Virus record (IMG/VR): IMGVR_UViG_3300018914_000064
Coordinates: 11,297 to 75,296 of that record
Source: a virus
Lineage: Duplodnaviria; Heunggongvirae; Uroviricota; Caudoviricetes
DNA: 64,000 nt
Direction: 5' to 3' (one strand)
Every line of letters begins with the position of its first letter. Position 1 is the first letter of the stretch. The notes beneath the pieces are model-generated. The model was given only the letters and a program-made list of their open reading frames with translations, searched no databases and was not told the origin of the DNA. The position numbers and the translations under genes were made by a program. Of the stretch, positions 47,989 through 57,587 are shown piece by piece.

Positions 47989-47992
47989 AAAC

Positions 47993-48012
47993 GGGGGAAA
48001 TATATTTCCCCC
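47993..48012 (+). terminator. Perfect 20-bp palindromic hairpin between nrdE and nrdF; weak terminator or attenuator.
   Basis: GGGGGAAATATATTTCCCCC. Only a weak U-tract follows. Confidence 0.35.
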
Positions 48013-48043
48013 TTAAATATACTAATGAAGAGGTGAATCAGTT

Positions 48044-49075
48044 TTGCAACTAGAGCGTAAAAAACTGTTTAATGAAAATGGACAACGTGGTACACAACGA
48101 CTAATTGGAGGAAATACTACCAATCTTCGTGAATGGAATCGGATTAAATACCCGTGGGCCGCGAAGCTGTACCGAACGATGCTGAACAACTTCTGGATTC
48201 CGGAAGAAGTGCCGTTAGCTAACGATGCAAAACAGTTTGAACAACTTTCTCCAGCCGAACGACGAGCATTTGACAAGACAATTTCATTCCTAAACTTTCT
48301 TGACTCAATTCAAACAGAGAATCTGCCGAATATTTCAGACTATGTAACAGCTCCTGAAGTGTCATCTCTCCTTAACATCCAAACATTTCAGGAAGAAATT
48401 CATGCTCAATCTTACAGTTATGTTCTGGATTCCGTGTGCTCACCTCAGACACGAGAAAACATCTATGATGAATGGCGGAACGATGAACGCCTAAAAGAGC
48501 GAAACAAATTTATCGCAGATCTATACCAACAGTTTGTTGATAATCCAAACGATTATAATTTCGTGAAAACGGTGATGGCTAACTTTTTGCTTGAATCTCT
48601 ATATTTCTATTCAGGTTTCGCCTTCTTTTACACACTTGCTCGACAAGGGAAAATGACAGGCACTGCAACGATGATCAAGTACATTCAACGAGACGAATTA
48701 ACGCATGTAGTGCTTTTTCAAAACATGTTCAAAGAATTACGCAATGAAAACCCTAATTTGTTCACATCACAACTCATTGAAGAATTGCGTGAAATGACAC
48801 GAACCGCATCGACACATGAAATTGCTTGGGGGCAATATATCACCAACAATCAAATCATGGGACTTAATAACGAGATCATTGAAAAATATATTAAATATTT
48901 AGCGAATGAGCGACTTAAGCGTTTGGATTTGGAAATTTTGTTCCCAGAACAAACAGAGCACCCGATGAAATGGGTTGAAAATTTCTCCAACCTAAACCAA
49001 ACCAAGACAGATTTCTTTGAACAAAAGGTAACGAATTACACAAAATCAAGCGGACTAAATTTTGGAGATCTATAA
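48044..49075 (+). CDS. nrdF: Ribonucleotide reductase small (beta) subunit.
   Basis: TTG start after GAAGAGGTGA. Di-iron ligand motifs FLDSIQTENL ... EEIHAQSYSYV ... QRDELTHV. Confidence 0.8.
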   Translation: MQLERKKLFNENGQRGTQRLIGGNTTNLREWNRIKYPWAAKLYRTMLNNFWIPEEVPLANDAKQFEQLSPAERRAFDKTISFLNFLDSIQTENLPNISDYVTAPEVSSLLNIQTFQEEIHAQSYSYVLDSVCSPQTRENIYDEWRNDERLKERNKFIADLYQQFVDNPNDYNFVKTVMANFLLESLYFYSGFAFFYTLARQGKMTGTATMIKYIQRDELTHVVLFQNMFKELRNENPNLFTSQLIEELREMTRTASTHEIAWGQYITNNQIMGLNNEIIEKYIKYLANERLKRLDLEILFPEQTEHPMKWVENFSNLNQTKTDFFEQKVTNYTKSSGLNFGDL

Positions 49076-49085
49076 GGAGGTCACA

Positions 49086-49331
49086 ATGAAGCTTTTAAAA
49101 CTGGAACGCAAAGGATGCAGTCCATGTATGCTAGTGGGTAATTATCTTGATTCAAATGGTGTTGAATACGAAAAAGTTGATGTCGAAGACCAGCCTAACA
49201 TTGCGGTTCTATACAATGTGTTGTCAGTGCCAGTCACTATTCTTCTTGATGACAATGGAAATGTTGTCAAAGAGTCAAAAGGATTCAAACCACCAGAACT
49301 TGACGAACTCATTGCACAACTGAATCAATAG
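49086..49331 (+). CDS. Glutaredoxin/NrdH-like redoxin.
   Basis: RBS AAGGAGGT upstream. CSPC active-site motif. Lies immediately after nrdF. Confidence 0.6.
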   Translation: MKLLKLERKGCSPCMLVGNYLDSNGVEYEKVDVEDQPNIAVLYNVLSVPVTILLDDNGNVVKESKGFKPPELDELIAQLNQ

Positions 49332-49343
49332 GAGATGAATCAT

Positions 49344-49958
49344 ATGTCGAAAATGGATGAAGTAATTTTAGTGGCTCCACGAGAAGTAGTATTCAATAAC
49401 GAGGAGTTAACATTTCAAGGAATTGAAACTAATCAAAATAAAATTAAAGAAATCATGCGCAATATATCAGCTAGTTACTGCACGTTGAGACGTGGAAATG
49501 CAGAGGAAGATCCGACATTTAAGCAGCCAATTCCGTATTGTGTGATTCGAAAAGGTCATCAAGTTTATGTATACGAACGACTGAAAGGAGGTGGAGAAAC
49601 CCGACTTCATAATCAACTATCTTTGGGAGTGGGAGGTCATATCAACCCAACTGAACATCCTACGTTTGAGGAAACAATGCAAGAGAATCTGTTGCGTGAA
49701 CTTGAAGAAGAACTGGACATTAAAGCATCTCAAAAGAAATTTACTACAATTGGCTTCATCAATGACGATCAAAACGAAGTGGGACGAGTGCATATTGGAC
49801 TTCTTGTAATCATGGATGTTGATGATGAAGCCACAGTATCAGTCCGTGAAACAGATCAATTAAAAGGTGAATGGATGTCATTGGGTCAACTTATTACACC
49901 AGATACATATGAGCGTCTGGAATCTTGGTCTAAATTTGTTGTAGATGCTTTGACATAA
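49344..49958 (+). CDS. Nudix-like hydrolase with a non-canonical Nudix box.
   Basis: GVGGHINPTEHPTFEETMQENLLRELEEELDI contains RELEEELxI but with about 6 extra residues between Gx5E and RE. Confidence 0.35.
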   Translation: MSKMDEVILVAPREVVFNNEELTFQGIETNQNKIKEIMRNISASYCTLRRGNAEEDPTFKQPIPYCVIRKGHQVYVYERLKGGGETRLHNQLSLGVGGHINPTEHPTFEETMQENLLRELEEELDIKASQKKFTTIGFINDDQNEVGRVHIGLLVIMDVDDEATVSVRETDQLKGEWMSLGQLITPDTYERLESWSKFVVDALT

Positions 49959-50031
49959 ATTAGTGGGTGTAAAAGCCCACCTAAAACCTAATCAAAGTTG
50001 TCTTTTATTTTGAATCTAGGGAGGGATTCAG

Positions 50032-50178
50032 ATGAAGTTCGCCTTTATGTTCTTCTTAATCAGTCTAGCAGTACTTATCTTTTGGGTATTGTTGGCAAGA
50101 GACTTTAGCACTGTAGGTAAAATTGTAAATAAAATTATAAAACCATTTAATGAAAAACGGGAGGATATTCATGAGTAA
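50032..50178 (+). CDS. Micro membrane protein (48 aa). Not in the ORF track.
   Basis: RBS GGGAGGG upstream. Translation MKFAFMFFLISLAVLIFWVLLARDF.... Overlaps the start of the SPFH gene. Confidence 0.4.
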   Translation: MKFAFMFFLISLAVLIFWVLLARDFSTVGKIVNKIIKPFNEKREDIHE

Positions 50179-51037
50179 AAACTTTACTGTAGGTGGAATT
50201 ACGTTAGCAGTTGTATTAGGTGGTGGACTAATTGGAGGACTACTTTGCAGTACCACAATCGAAGCAGGCTATGCTGGAGTTGTTTACAACGCAAATGGAG
50301 GAATTGAACAACAAACGCTAGGTCAGGGATGGCACATGGTTGCACCTTGGAAATCCGTAACAGAATATCCTGTCTCTACAGAAACAGTCAGTTTAACTAA
50401 AGCAACCAGCGAAGAATCACCTAATGACAACTCGATCAATATTTCTACGCGAGAAGGTAAGCCAGTCTCAGTAGACGTTATGTACTCATACCACATGGAA
50501 CAAGACAAATTGCCACATATCTTCACTAAATTCCGCCGAGCAGAAGCAGATGTGATTGAAGCAGGATACATAAAAGCACAATTAAAGAATGCAATCAACT
50601 CAGTAACATCAAGTTACGGTGTATTGGATGTATACGGAGAGAAGCGTGCAGAAATCCAAGGGAAAATTGAAGAAGCATTCCGTGATGCGCTAAAGAGTGA
50701 TGGAATTGTTGTAGAATCATTCAACTTTGGAGAAATTCGTCCAGATGCCCAGTCAATGGCTGCAATTCAGGCAAAAGTAGATGCACAACAAAAACTTCAG
50801 CAATTGGAAACAGAAAAAAAACAAGCGGAAGTCCAAGCTGAGAAAGCACGAATTGAAGCTACAGGTAAAGCAGATGCTGCATTAATTGAGGCACAAGGTA
50901 AAGCTAAGGCAAATCAAGTATTGCAGCTTTCACTTACACCTGAACTTATCGAATATACTAAAGCACAAAAATGGGATGGCAAGCTTCCTGTATATCAAGG
51001 TGGTTCTGGAACGATTATGAGTGTACCAATTAAATAG
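50171..51037 (+). CDS. SPFH/band-7 (prohibitin/stomatin-like) membrane protein.
   Basis: RBS GGGAGGA before ATG 50171. N-terminal TM helix, then an SPFH-like domain and an Ala/Gln/Lys-rich coiled-coil tail. Confidence 0.6.
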   Translation: MSKNFTVGGITLAVVLGGGLIGGLLCSTTIEAGYAGVVYNANGGIEQQTLGQGWHMVAPWKSVTEYPVSTETVSLTKATSEESPNDNSINISTREGKPVSVDVMYSYHMEQDKLPHIFTKFRRAEADVIEAGYIKAQLKNAINSVTSSYGVLDVYGEKRAEIQGKIEEAFRDALKSDGIVVESFNFGEIRPDAQSMAAIQAKVDAQQKLQQLETEKKQAEVQAEKARIEATGKADAALIEAQGKAKANQVLQLSLTPELIEYTKAQKWDGKLPVYQGGSGTIMSVPIK

Positions 51038-51302
51038 GGAAAATCATCGACTCTTTATGACAGAGATTTTCTTGGGAAAGGAGGTGAGGACTTGGAAGAA
51101 CAGTTGATCATCGACGAACAAGAAATGGCTGAATTTATCTCAAACGAATTGCTAAAGCAAGGAATTGCTGTAAGCGCTGCGGATTTATTAAAAGTGTTTG
51201 AACTTGAAATGGAATACTACATCAAAAAAGGTATCGCTGAAGTACAGGAGTAAGATTGTATATAGGGTTGCGACCAATCGCAAATAGAAAGGAGTAGTAA
51301 AA

Positions 51303-51743
51303 ATGACATTAAATCTAAAAAGCTCCACCGAAGAACATATTACAAAGGTAATTAATAAGTTGCGTTTAGTTGAGCAATCAAATGAATATAAAACAATTGT
51401 GGACACACTGGATAGATTAATTAATCTCAGTAATTCCATGATTACAATGCAACCTGTATTTTTCCGAGAGAATGATCGATTACTTACATTCTACTTTTTT
51501 GATGAAAATACTTATAACTTTGTTTTGAACTTAGTAAATATTTTAGAAGCACAAATTAATAAAGTTAAAGAAAAATGTGATGACATGTTGGTGGTTGGAA
51601 ATTACAAAGATCATCGCGACTGGGTAATTTCTTATGATAAATTAATTCGTCTTTATGGTAAGCTCGACTCTAATTTGCAAAAACATATCAAATATATAAG
51701 GTTCTTGGAGAATTTAGATTCAACAAAAACAATGATTTTATAA
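51303..51743 (+). CDS. Hypothetical protein (146 aa).
   Basis: RBS AAAGGAGTAG upstream. Confidence 0.45.
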   Translation: MTLNLKSSTEEHITKVINKLRLVEQSNEYKTIVDTLDRLINLSNSMITMQPVFFRENDRLLTFYFFDENTYNFVLNLVNILEAQINKVKEKCDDMLVVGNYKDHRDWVISYDKLIRLYGKLDSNLQKHIKYIRFLENLDSTKTMIL

Positions 51744-51770
51744 GAAAAACCGTAGAGTAATTCTCCACGG
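51744..51770 (-). terminator. Terminator for the antisense gene 51772-52302.
   Basis: ccgtagag / ctccacgg stem (7/8). A U5 run follows on the minus transcript. Confidence 0.45.
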
Positions 51771-51771
51771 C

Positions 51772-52302
51772 TTAGACCTTGTCATAGTTGGCAGCTTGTG
51801 CATCTATATAGGCTTTGTGCAAGGATCTCATAATTACTGTTTCAGCTAATGGATTATCACCTTTTTCAGCCATTGCTTTATGAGTAGTCTCCATAAATCG
51901 AATGAATTCATTAAATAGGTCTTCTGGAGAATCACCTGAAAAAATCATTTCATCAAAGGTACTTCTATATTTCTCATAAAAGCCGTTAAAGAGCTGTCTT
52001 TCTTTGGCCTGAAGATTGTTAAGCCAATCTTGTGGGAGTTGTCTACGAACTTTAAAGTTGTATTTTTTGCCGATTGCTTCTTCGAGTGGATCTTCGACTC
52101 TAAAATTTACTCCGTTGATTATCATGGCTTCAAACAATTGTGAATGGATTAGATATTCAGGATCTGCTTTAGAAACAGGGGAGAGGTTGTTCATGCTTGG
52201 CTCTTTACTTTCAACCCATCCATTGAACGTCACGGCATTGCGATACCACTTACCATTATGACTTGCGTAAAAAGACTTACCCCATCTATACATATCAATT
52301 GA
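51772..52302 (-). CDS. Hypothetical protein on the minus strand (about 176 aa).
   Basis: Start probably TTG 52302, 6 nt after GGTGGTG. The ORF is open to 52317. Trp/Tyr-rich N-terminus. Has its own terminator. Confidence 0.45.
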   Translation of the reverse strand, partial: SIDMYRWGKSFYASHNGKWYRNAVTFNGWVESKEPSMNNLSPVSKADPEYLIHSQLFEAMIINGVNFRVEDPLEEAIGKKYNFKVRRQLPQDWLNNLQAKERQLFNGFYEKYRSTFDEMIFSGDSPEDLFNEFIRFMETTHKAMAEKGDNPLAETVIMRSLHKAYIDAQAANYDKV

Positions 52303-52396
52303 CAATAAAAGCACCACCTTTTATCTTTTTACCTTATTATTGCTGCAAGATTAGGTATAAAGCAATAAAAACTATCTTTTGGAGGAGAAATTATAA

Positions 52397-52723
52397 ATGA
52401 ATAAAATTATTAACGGAGCTAAGAAGTTATTTGAGTTTGTGATGAAAGAAGAAATCCTCATTAAAATTGGATTGATTCTCAGTTCGCTATCTACAATATT
52501 AACTTTCATTCTTGCGGTATATTATTATCTAATGGGTTCATTGGATAAGGCAACCTTTTGGGCAATTCTACATGCTGGCTCAGAGGTGTCACATGTAGGT
52601 TTGAAAGTTGCCGATTATAATTTGAAAAAGTCAGGTACATGCACAACAAACATTACAGTAGATGTGTCGGAGGCAAATAATCCAGAAAAGATTATTGATG
52701 TCTTAAGAGATCGTTTGACTTAG
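52397..52723 (+). CDS. Small membrane protein (108 aa).
   Basis: RBS GGAGGAGAAA upstream. One or two TM helices. Confidence 0.5.
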   Translation: MNKIINGAKKLFEFVMKEEILIKIGLILSSLSTILTFILAVYYYLMGSLDKATFWAILHAGSEVSHVGLKVADYNLKKSGTCTTNITVDVSEANNPEKIIDVLRDRLT

Positions 52724-52780
52724 AATCTAAAAAATAAATATAAATTGTATTTAATATAAAATAAATCAGGAGGTATTGAT

Positions 52781-52993
52781 ATGACTAACTTAAAATATCT
52801 AATTGTTAATGGCGAAAGTACAATTGCATATTTGTGGGAAAGCGAAGAAGGTCAACAGGTACTAGTACCTGTTAATGGAACAAGTATTGATTTTAATTTT
52901 GATATTGAAGCGAGAAATGTAGATGACCATACATCAAAATACTTAGATTTGCGGCAATTAATGTTGGATCTGATAAATGGAAAATTTGAATAA
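52781..52993 (+). CDS. Hypothetical small protein.
   Basis: RBS AGGAGGT upstream. Confidence 0.45.
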   Translation: MTNLKYLIVNGESTIAYLWESEEGQQVLVPVNGTSIDFNFDIEARNVDDHTSKYLDLRQLMLDLINGKFE

Positions 52994-53070
52994 AAGCAGA
53001 ATTCGATTCAAAAATGAGGTTGTAGAAGGGGAGGTCTGCAACCTCTAATTTCACTAAACGGAGGAGTTTA

Positions 53071-53976
53071 ATGTCAATCGCAGACTTGAAATACAAAGAA
53101 TTAGTGTTGGACATAATTGAGAATGGCATTTGGGATAAAGATCAAGTCGTTCGTACCAAATGGGCAGATGGAACTCCTGCGTATACGAAAAGCGTAATAT
53201 CAAAGCAACTGGTTTTTGACAATACAGAAGTTCCAATTCTCACAACGAAGAAAGTTGCATGGAAGTCTGCAATTCATGAATTACTTTGGTTCTATGTCAA
53301 GCGCACAAGTGATGTATCGTATCTGCGTGAAAACAATGTGAAGATTTGGGAAGAGTGGACTCGTCCCGATGGAACGATTGGTAAGGCTTATGGATATCAA
53401 TTAGGAAAGCAATTTGTCAAAAACAAACCTATGATTGTAAGTAACGATAAATTTAAAATGGAGATATTATCTATTAATGGGAACCCTGTTAAGAATTTAT
53501 CAATGACCAATCAAGTTAATAATCTAATTGATGAATTGAAGCACAATCCTGCGTCACGCCGTCATGTCATTTCTCTGTGGAATATTGACGATCTGCATGA
53601 TATGGCATTATATCCTTGTGTGTGGCACAATCAATGGCTTGTCAAACAAGGCAAACTTCACCTAATTGTTGGCGTAAGATCGAACGATCTTGCACTTGGC
53701 AACCCTTTCAATGTATTTCAGTATTATGTACTTCAACGAATGATTTCACAAGTTACAGGATATGAAATGGGTACATTAACGTTTAATATTAACGATTTGC
53801 ACCTGTATGAACGACATATTGAACCAGTATCGGAGCAAATTCAACGCGAACCATACCCTGCCCCCACACTTTGGATTAATCCTGAAGTAAAAAACTTTGA
53901 TGATTTCACAATTGATGATTTTGAACTTATCGATTACAAGCATCACCCTCCAATTAAAATGGAGGTAGCTGTATGA
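53071..53976 (+). CDS. thyA: Thymidylate synthase (ThyA type).
   Basis: Active-site region PCVWHNQW. SNDLALGNPFNVFQY folate-binding segment. Confidence 0.85.
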   Translation: MSIADLKYKELVLDIIENGIWDKDQVVRTKWADGTPAYTKSVISKQLVFDNTEVPILTTKKVAWKSAIHELLWFYVKRTSDVSYLRENNVKIWEEWTRPDGTIGKAYGYQLGKQFVKNKPMIVSNDKFKMEILSINGNPVKNLSMTNQVNNLIDELKHNPASRRHVISLWNIDDLHDMALYPCVWHNQWLVKQGKLHLIVGVRSNDLALGNPFNVFQYYVLQRMISQVTGYEMGTLTFNINDLHLYERHIEPVSEQIQREPYPAPTLWINPEVKNFDDFTIDDFELIDYKHHPPIKMEVAV

Positions 53977-54470
53977 TTTCCATTATCACAGCCTTTGACA
54001 ATAACTATCTGATCGGGAAGGGTAACGAATTACCTTGGTCGTTGCCAAATGACCTTAAATACTTTAAGCAGAGAACTGAAGGTCATATAGTCGTTATGGG
54101 GCGCACAACATTTGAGTCCATCGGGAAACCTCTTCCTAATCGAACGAACATTATTTTGACCAGAGATCCAATGTACCAAGTCGAAGGCTGTTACACATAC
54201 AATTCAATCGAAGCAATAATGTATGAGTACCAAAACTACGCAGAACCAGATGAAGAGATATTTGTCATTGGTGGACGGGAAGTGTATAAGCAATTCTTAC
54301 CTTATGCAGACAAACTCTACATCACAGAGATTGACCATGAGTTTGAGGGTGATGTATATTTCCCAGAGTTAGACCTTGACGAATGGCGTATCATTCAATC
54401 TGAGCATGGTATTAGGGACGAGAAAAACCCTTATGATTACTACTTCAATGTCTACATTAAAAAGAGGTGA
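53973..54470 (+). CDS. Dihydrofolate reductase.
   Basis: MISIITAFDNNYLIGKGNELPWSLPNDLKYFK ... VVMGRTTFESIG. Overlaps thyA by 4 nt. Confidence 0.85.
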   Translation: MISIITAFDNNYLIGKGNELPWSLPNDLKYFKQRTEGHIVVMGRTTFESIGKPLPNRTNIILTRDPMYQVEGCYTYNSIEAIMYEYQNYAEPDEEIFVIGGREVYKQFLPYADKLYITEIDHEFEGDVYFPELDLDEWRIIQSEHGIRDEKNPYDYYFNVYIKKR

Positions 54471-54542
54471 GATAATGGAACAGATCCAACATGGAACATA
54501 TGAGATTACAAAAATCTTAAGAGATTTCCAAAATAATAAACA

Positions 54543-54579
54543 AAAATAACTTGTAATTTGATTCTGACTGTTGTAAGAT
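54543..54579 (+). promoter_or_regulatory. Phage promoter-like element: A-tract, TTGTAA, 17 nt, TAAGAT.
   Basis: CAAAAATAACTTGTAATTTGA motif. An 11-bp-stem hairpin follows immediately. Confidence 0.35.
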
Positions 54580-54580
54580 G

Positions 54581-54613
54581 GAACTACCAAGAAAATCCTT
54601 GGTAGTTCTTTTC
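54581..54613 (+). terminator. Strong rho-independent terminator hairpin.
   Basis: gaactaccaag / cttggtagttc 11-bp perfect stem with a 6-nt loop, then TTTTC. Confidence 0.65.
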
Positions 54614-54629
54614 ATAAGGAGGGAGTGAC

Positions 54630-55157
54630 TTGTACAAAGCTTACTTTGATGCGTCATTTGAATGGGGTAGTAAAACTTCTTCTATCGCATTTGTAATCTA
54701 TAATTCCAAGATGAATGTAGTTAAACAAGAAGTGCGGAATGTTCATGCAGCAGATAACAATTTCGCAGAATGGATGGCTTTAGTTTCCCTACTACAAACT
54801 TTATGCCAAATGAAAATTGAGGAGGTTGACATTTATGGTGACAATCAAGCACTAATCAAAGTTGTAAATGGATTGGCTAAAAAGAAAAGATACACAGACC
54901 TGTACCAATCCATATGGGACTATGGCGTACAATTTAAACACATCTCGTTTAACTGGATCAGTCGAAACGAAAACACAGTGGCAGATAAACTGTCTAGGAA
55001 AGTAGTCAGTTTAGATGAAGTAAAGAAAAAGAGGAAGCGCAAACGAAAGAAGAAATCTCGCAAGAAAACTAAAATTAATACATATTCGATTAAACCAAAT
55101 GAGTTCGATTTCAACTTTAGATACAAGGAAACAAAGCGCAAAGTAATAATGCGGTAA
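54630..55157 (+). CDS. RNase H (type 1-like) with a Lys/Arg-rich C-terminal tail.
   Basis: TTG start after AAGGAGGGAG. YFDASF ... IYGDNQALI ... NTVADKLS matches the RNase H DEDD pattern. Confidence 0.6.
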   Translation: MYKAYFDASFEWGSKTSSIAFVIYNSKMNVVKQEVRNVHAADNNFAEWMALVSLLQTLCQMKIEEVDIYGDNQALIKVVNGLAKKKRYTDLYQSIWDYGVQFKHISFNWISRNENTVADKLSRKVVSLDEVKKKRKRKRKKKSRKKTKINTYSIKPNEFDFNFRYKETKRKVIMR

Positions 55158-55197
55158 TCAAATGAAACATCAATTTTAACGAGAAAGGGGATGAAAA

Positions 55198-55434
55198 ATG
55201 GTATACATTTATTCACTTGACCATGATAATGTGCCAGATTATATCGAGTACAGTATTTACGAGCAAACAACAAATGGTTTTCGAAATTTAAAATATGTAG
55301 TGTTGCCTGCTAACAACGAACAGCGAGATATATCTTGTGCGGTCGCTGTAGCAAACGCACTAAAGAAAACCAGAATTTCAACTGTTATGCGAAATACCGA
55401 TGATAAAAACTCTTTTATGTTTCTTGTGTACTAA
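55198..55434 (+). CDS. Hypothetical small protein.
   Basis: RBS AAAGGGGATG upstream. Confidence 0.45.
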   Translation: MVYIYSLDHDNVPDYIEYSIYEQTTNGFRNLKYVVLPANNEQRDISCAVAVANALKKTRISTVMRNTDDKNSFMFLVY

Positions 55435-55471
55435 ATGAAATATCAGGTTTATTACCTTTGGAGGTGGTGAT

Positions 55472-55957
55472 ATGAGCAAAACACCTTATGATGATTTAAT
55501 AAATCTAGCATTAGACTTGAAGGACTTTGAATGGGTAAAACAATTAATTAAAGAGAAACAGTCATTCTTGCATTCAGCATCAACCAATGCATCTGAATTT
55601 ACAAATAAATGTGTTGCAATAGAGGATATCACTTCAAACTATGCTGTTCTCGAACCATTAGGATTAAGAAATCTTAGATGGGATAATTATGATTTAATGT
55701 ATAGTTCGCTCGTAATGATAAGTAAGAAATCGGCACTTGCAAATGAAATTGTTGGGTACAGGATTTTATCAGATGAGGAACGGTTAGTGTTGTATGGATT
55801 TTACCTTGGGCATGATGATGGATACAAAAAGGGATATATAGAAGGTAGTATGAAAACGTATCAATCACTTACACCTAAACCAACAAATACAAATGAAGTT
55901 AAAACAGATATTAAAATAAAGAAAAAGTCTTGGTGGAAATTTTGGATGAAAGATTGA
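55472..55957 (+). CDS. Hypothetical protein (161 aa).
   Basis: RBS GGAGGTGGTG upstream. Confidence 0.5.
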   Translation: MSKTPYDDLINLALDLKDFEWVKQLIKEKQSFLHSASTNASEFTNKCVAIEDITSNYAVLEPLGLRNLRWDNYDLMYSSLVMISKKSALANEIVGYRILSDEERLVLYGFYLGHDDGYKKGYIEGSMKTYQSLTPKPTNTNEVKTDIKIKKKSWWKFWMKD

Positions 55958-56428
55958 TTTCATAAGAATGGAGGAAATTCAATGACAAAAGACCGTTATG
56001 TCCTAAAAAGAGTCAAAGCCTTTGTTCTCGATAAGCAACTTTACAAACAAAGCATAGATCCAGATATACTTGATGACTTAATTAAACAATGGGAATTTGA
56101 TTACACAATGATAGAGTATTACAAAAATATCGATGATATGTAGTGGAGGAAGGGGTGAGCAAAGATGATGAGCACTGCTAACTGTACCACCTGTCAATAC
56201 TACATAGAATACAAAACTAAAGATATTCTTAATCCAAACAAAACCGTGACAAGAGGAAAGGTGGTTCAAAGACATTGTAGGAGAGGAAACTTCGACTTGG
56301 TGGATGTATCCCCTTGTGAACTTTATTAGAGATGCGACCATCCATCTATGAGAATTCCATTGCCACCATTGCCGCTCAAACCAAGAGGATGAATCTTAGT
56401 TACAATCAAATTATCTTTTGATTAGGAG

Positions 56429-56611
56429 GTGAGTTTGATGATTGCGTTGATCAAAATATTGGCTACAGGCTTCATGTGGCTCATGATTATCATCTTCTCA
56501 ACTATGCTAGGCGCAATAGTTATTCAAACTACATGGTTAACAGTTCTAATATTCACTGTTCTGTTCAGTTATATAATTGGCTCTTTGGTTGGAGTAAGGA
56601 AAACTAAATGA
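56429..56611 (+). CDS. Small two-TM membrane protein.
   Basis: RBS AGGAGGTGAG upstream. Almost entirely hydrophobic. Confidence 0.45.
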   Translation: MSLMIALIKILATGFMWLMIIIFSTMLGAIVIQTTWLTVLIFTVLFSYIIGSLVGVRKTK

Positions 56612-56639
56612 AAATACTTTTTAACGAAAGGAGTAATAG

Positions 56640-57224
56640 GTGCAAATGACATTAAATGAAGTAATTCAGGCAGGAAAAATTGACGTGGACACGAGTATGT
56701 TTTCTACAATGGCATGGTGGGCTTGGCTCCTCATCGGATTGTGCTTACTTACGATTTTTGCGGGACTGAAAGGGCTGGAGGATGGGGTTTCAACAGGTTT
56801 TATGGGAATCGTGCTAATCTTAATGATCGCTGCCACATATAACGAGGTTACTGTTGATAAGCCGCAAGAAGATAAAAAAATTGAAGAGTGGAAACAACAA
56901 TATGCAATCCCATACATACAAAGCTTAGCTCCAGAAAAGCGTGAGATTGTCTACGTTAAAATAGATACTGAAATAGACACAAGAAAACCACTATATACAT
57001 ATCCTAATCCAATCTTCTTAACTCCACTCACAGTTTCATTTAAAGCAAATGGTATTGAAACATATACAAACTGGTACGAGGCACGTATGGAATTAACTAA
57101 TGAAGAAAAACCTTACATAGAATTTAAACGTGTTACATCAGACCTCGGACATGGTGTTACTGCTGGATTATACGATGTAAAGGTTTATTTGCCAGAGAGC
57201 TATAAATTTACAGATATAAAGTAA
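56640..57224 (+). CDS. Membrane-anchored hypothetical protein (194 aa).
   Basis: GTG start. Two N-terminal TM helices then a soluble domain. Confidence 0.5.
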   Translation: MQMTLNEVIQAGKIDVDTSMFSTMAWWAWLLIGLCLLTIFAGLKGLEDGVSTGFMGIVLILMIAATYNEVTVDKPQEDKKIEEWKQQYAIPYIQSLAPEKREIVYVKIDTEIDTRKPLYTYPNPIFLTPLTVSFKANGIETYTNWYEARMELTNEEKPYIEFKRVTSDLGHGVTAGLYDVKVYLPESYKFTDIK

Positions 57225-57520
57225 AAGTATAGCCGAAAGAATGAATGTCCTATTTCATCGAAAATTACAATACATAAATTCGTGAAACAATTAACTGGAT
57301 TAAAAGATGAGTACTATGATAAAGCAAAAGAAATGGTCGATGTTTTAAAGGCAATGACTAATACACAATACTGATAATAAATCAAGATCTTGTGCATGAA
57401 TTTGTCGAAACATATATCGTCTTGCTAGATATGGTACCTTCTAGTACACTAATTTAGCAGCGAGAAATCAATACAAATAATCTTCATCTAACACTATAGA
57501 TAAACTAAGCAAAAAAACAG

Positions 57521-57550
57521 TTGACCAAGCTTTGGTAACGGACATATAAT
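57521..57550 (+). promoter_or_regulatory. Strong sigmaA-type promoter with an upstream A-tract.
   Basis: TTGACC, 17 nt, ATATAAT, preceded by AAAAAAAC. Sits at the end of a 360-bp non-coding gap. ATG 57588 lies about 38 nt downstream with RBS GTGGAGG. Confidence 0.6.
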
Positions 57551-57587
57551 GTTCTTAGTTTAACTAAGTGTTAGTGGAGGCGACATT

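Noticed and set aside
54476-54550. A 24-aa ORF after the DHFR gene that overlaps the promoter motif.
   Set aside because: It has no RBS, and its stop falls inside a conserved promoter-like motif, so it is likely just UTR.
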